This document shows, one piece after another, positions 25,823-25,824 of a stretch of DNA of 25,824 bases. Source of the stretch: a virus (Duplodnaviria > Caudoviricetes); the IMG/VR virus record IMGVR_UViG_3300025127_000234, positions 1-25,824 of that record. One strand, given 5' to 3'. The first letter of the stretch is position 1, and each line of letters begins with the position of its first letter. A program made the position numbers and the translations under genes. The notes beneath the pieces were generated by a model, which did no database searches, was not told the origin of the DNA, and worked only from the letters and a program-made list of their open reading frames with translations.

Positions 25823-25824
25823 GT

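Noticed and set aside
1-25824. CRISPR array, tRNA, integrase/att site, reverse transcriptase or DGR repeats
   Set aside because: No regularly spaced repeats, cloverleaf, recombinase or RT motifs, or long near-identical repeat pair seen by eye.
1-25824. Stop-codon reassignment
   Set aside because: TAA, TAG and TGA all end genes at tight junctions and coding density is high under the standard code.

Overview
AT-rich (roughly one-third GC by eye) segment of a podovirus-like dsDNA phage genome; gene content and composition suggest a marine alphaproteobacterial (SAR11-like) host, which is inference only. Left arm (+ strand): 5'-truncated DUF3987-like helicase, class I ribonucleotide reductase nrdA/nrdB, a promoter-to-terminator structured RNA candidate and two small ORFs. 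A convergent minus-strand operon (6873->4037) holds several tiny Lys/Arg-rich proteins (three ORFs are missing from the ORF track), a holin-like protein, a GH24 lysozyme and a conserved hypothetical. A lone + strand HTH-metallophosphoesterase gene shares a back-to-back promoter with that operon. The right part (minus strand) is the virion module: tail-fibre cassette, tail chaperones, P22 gp10-like stabilization protein, putative ejection proteins and a 2783-aa polyvalent protein (metallopeptidase, ADP-ribosyltransferase, PLxRFG). The most striking unexplained signal is the octamer GGGGGCAC, found 13 times on both strands, in several reading frames and in intergenic gaps, far more often than base composition predicts.
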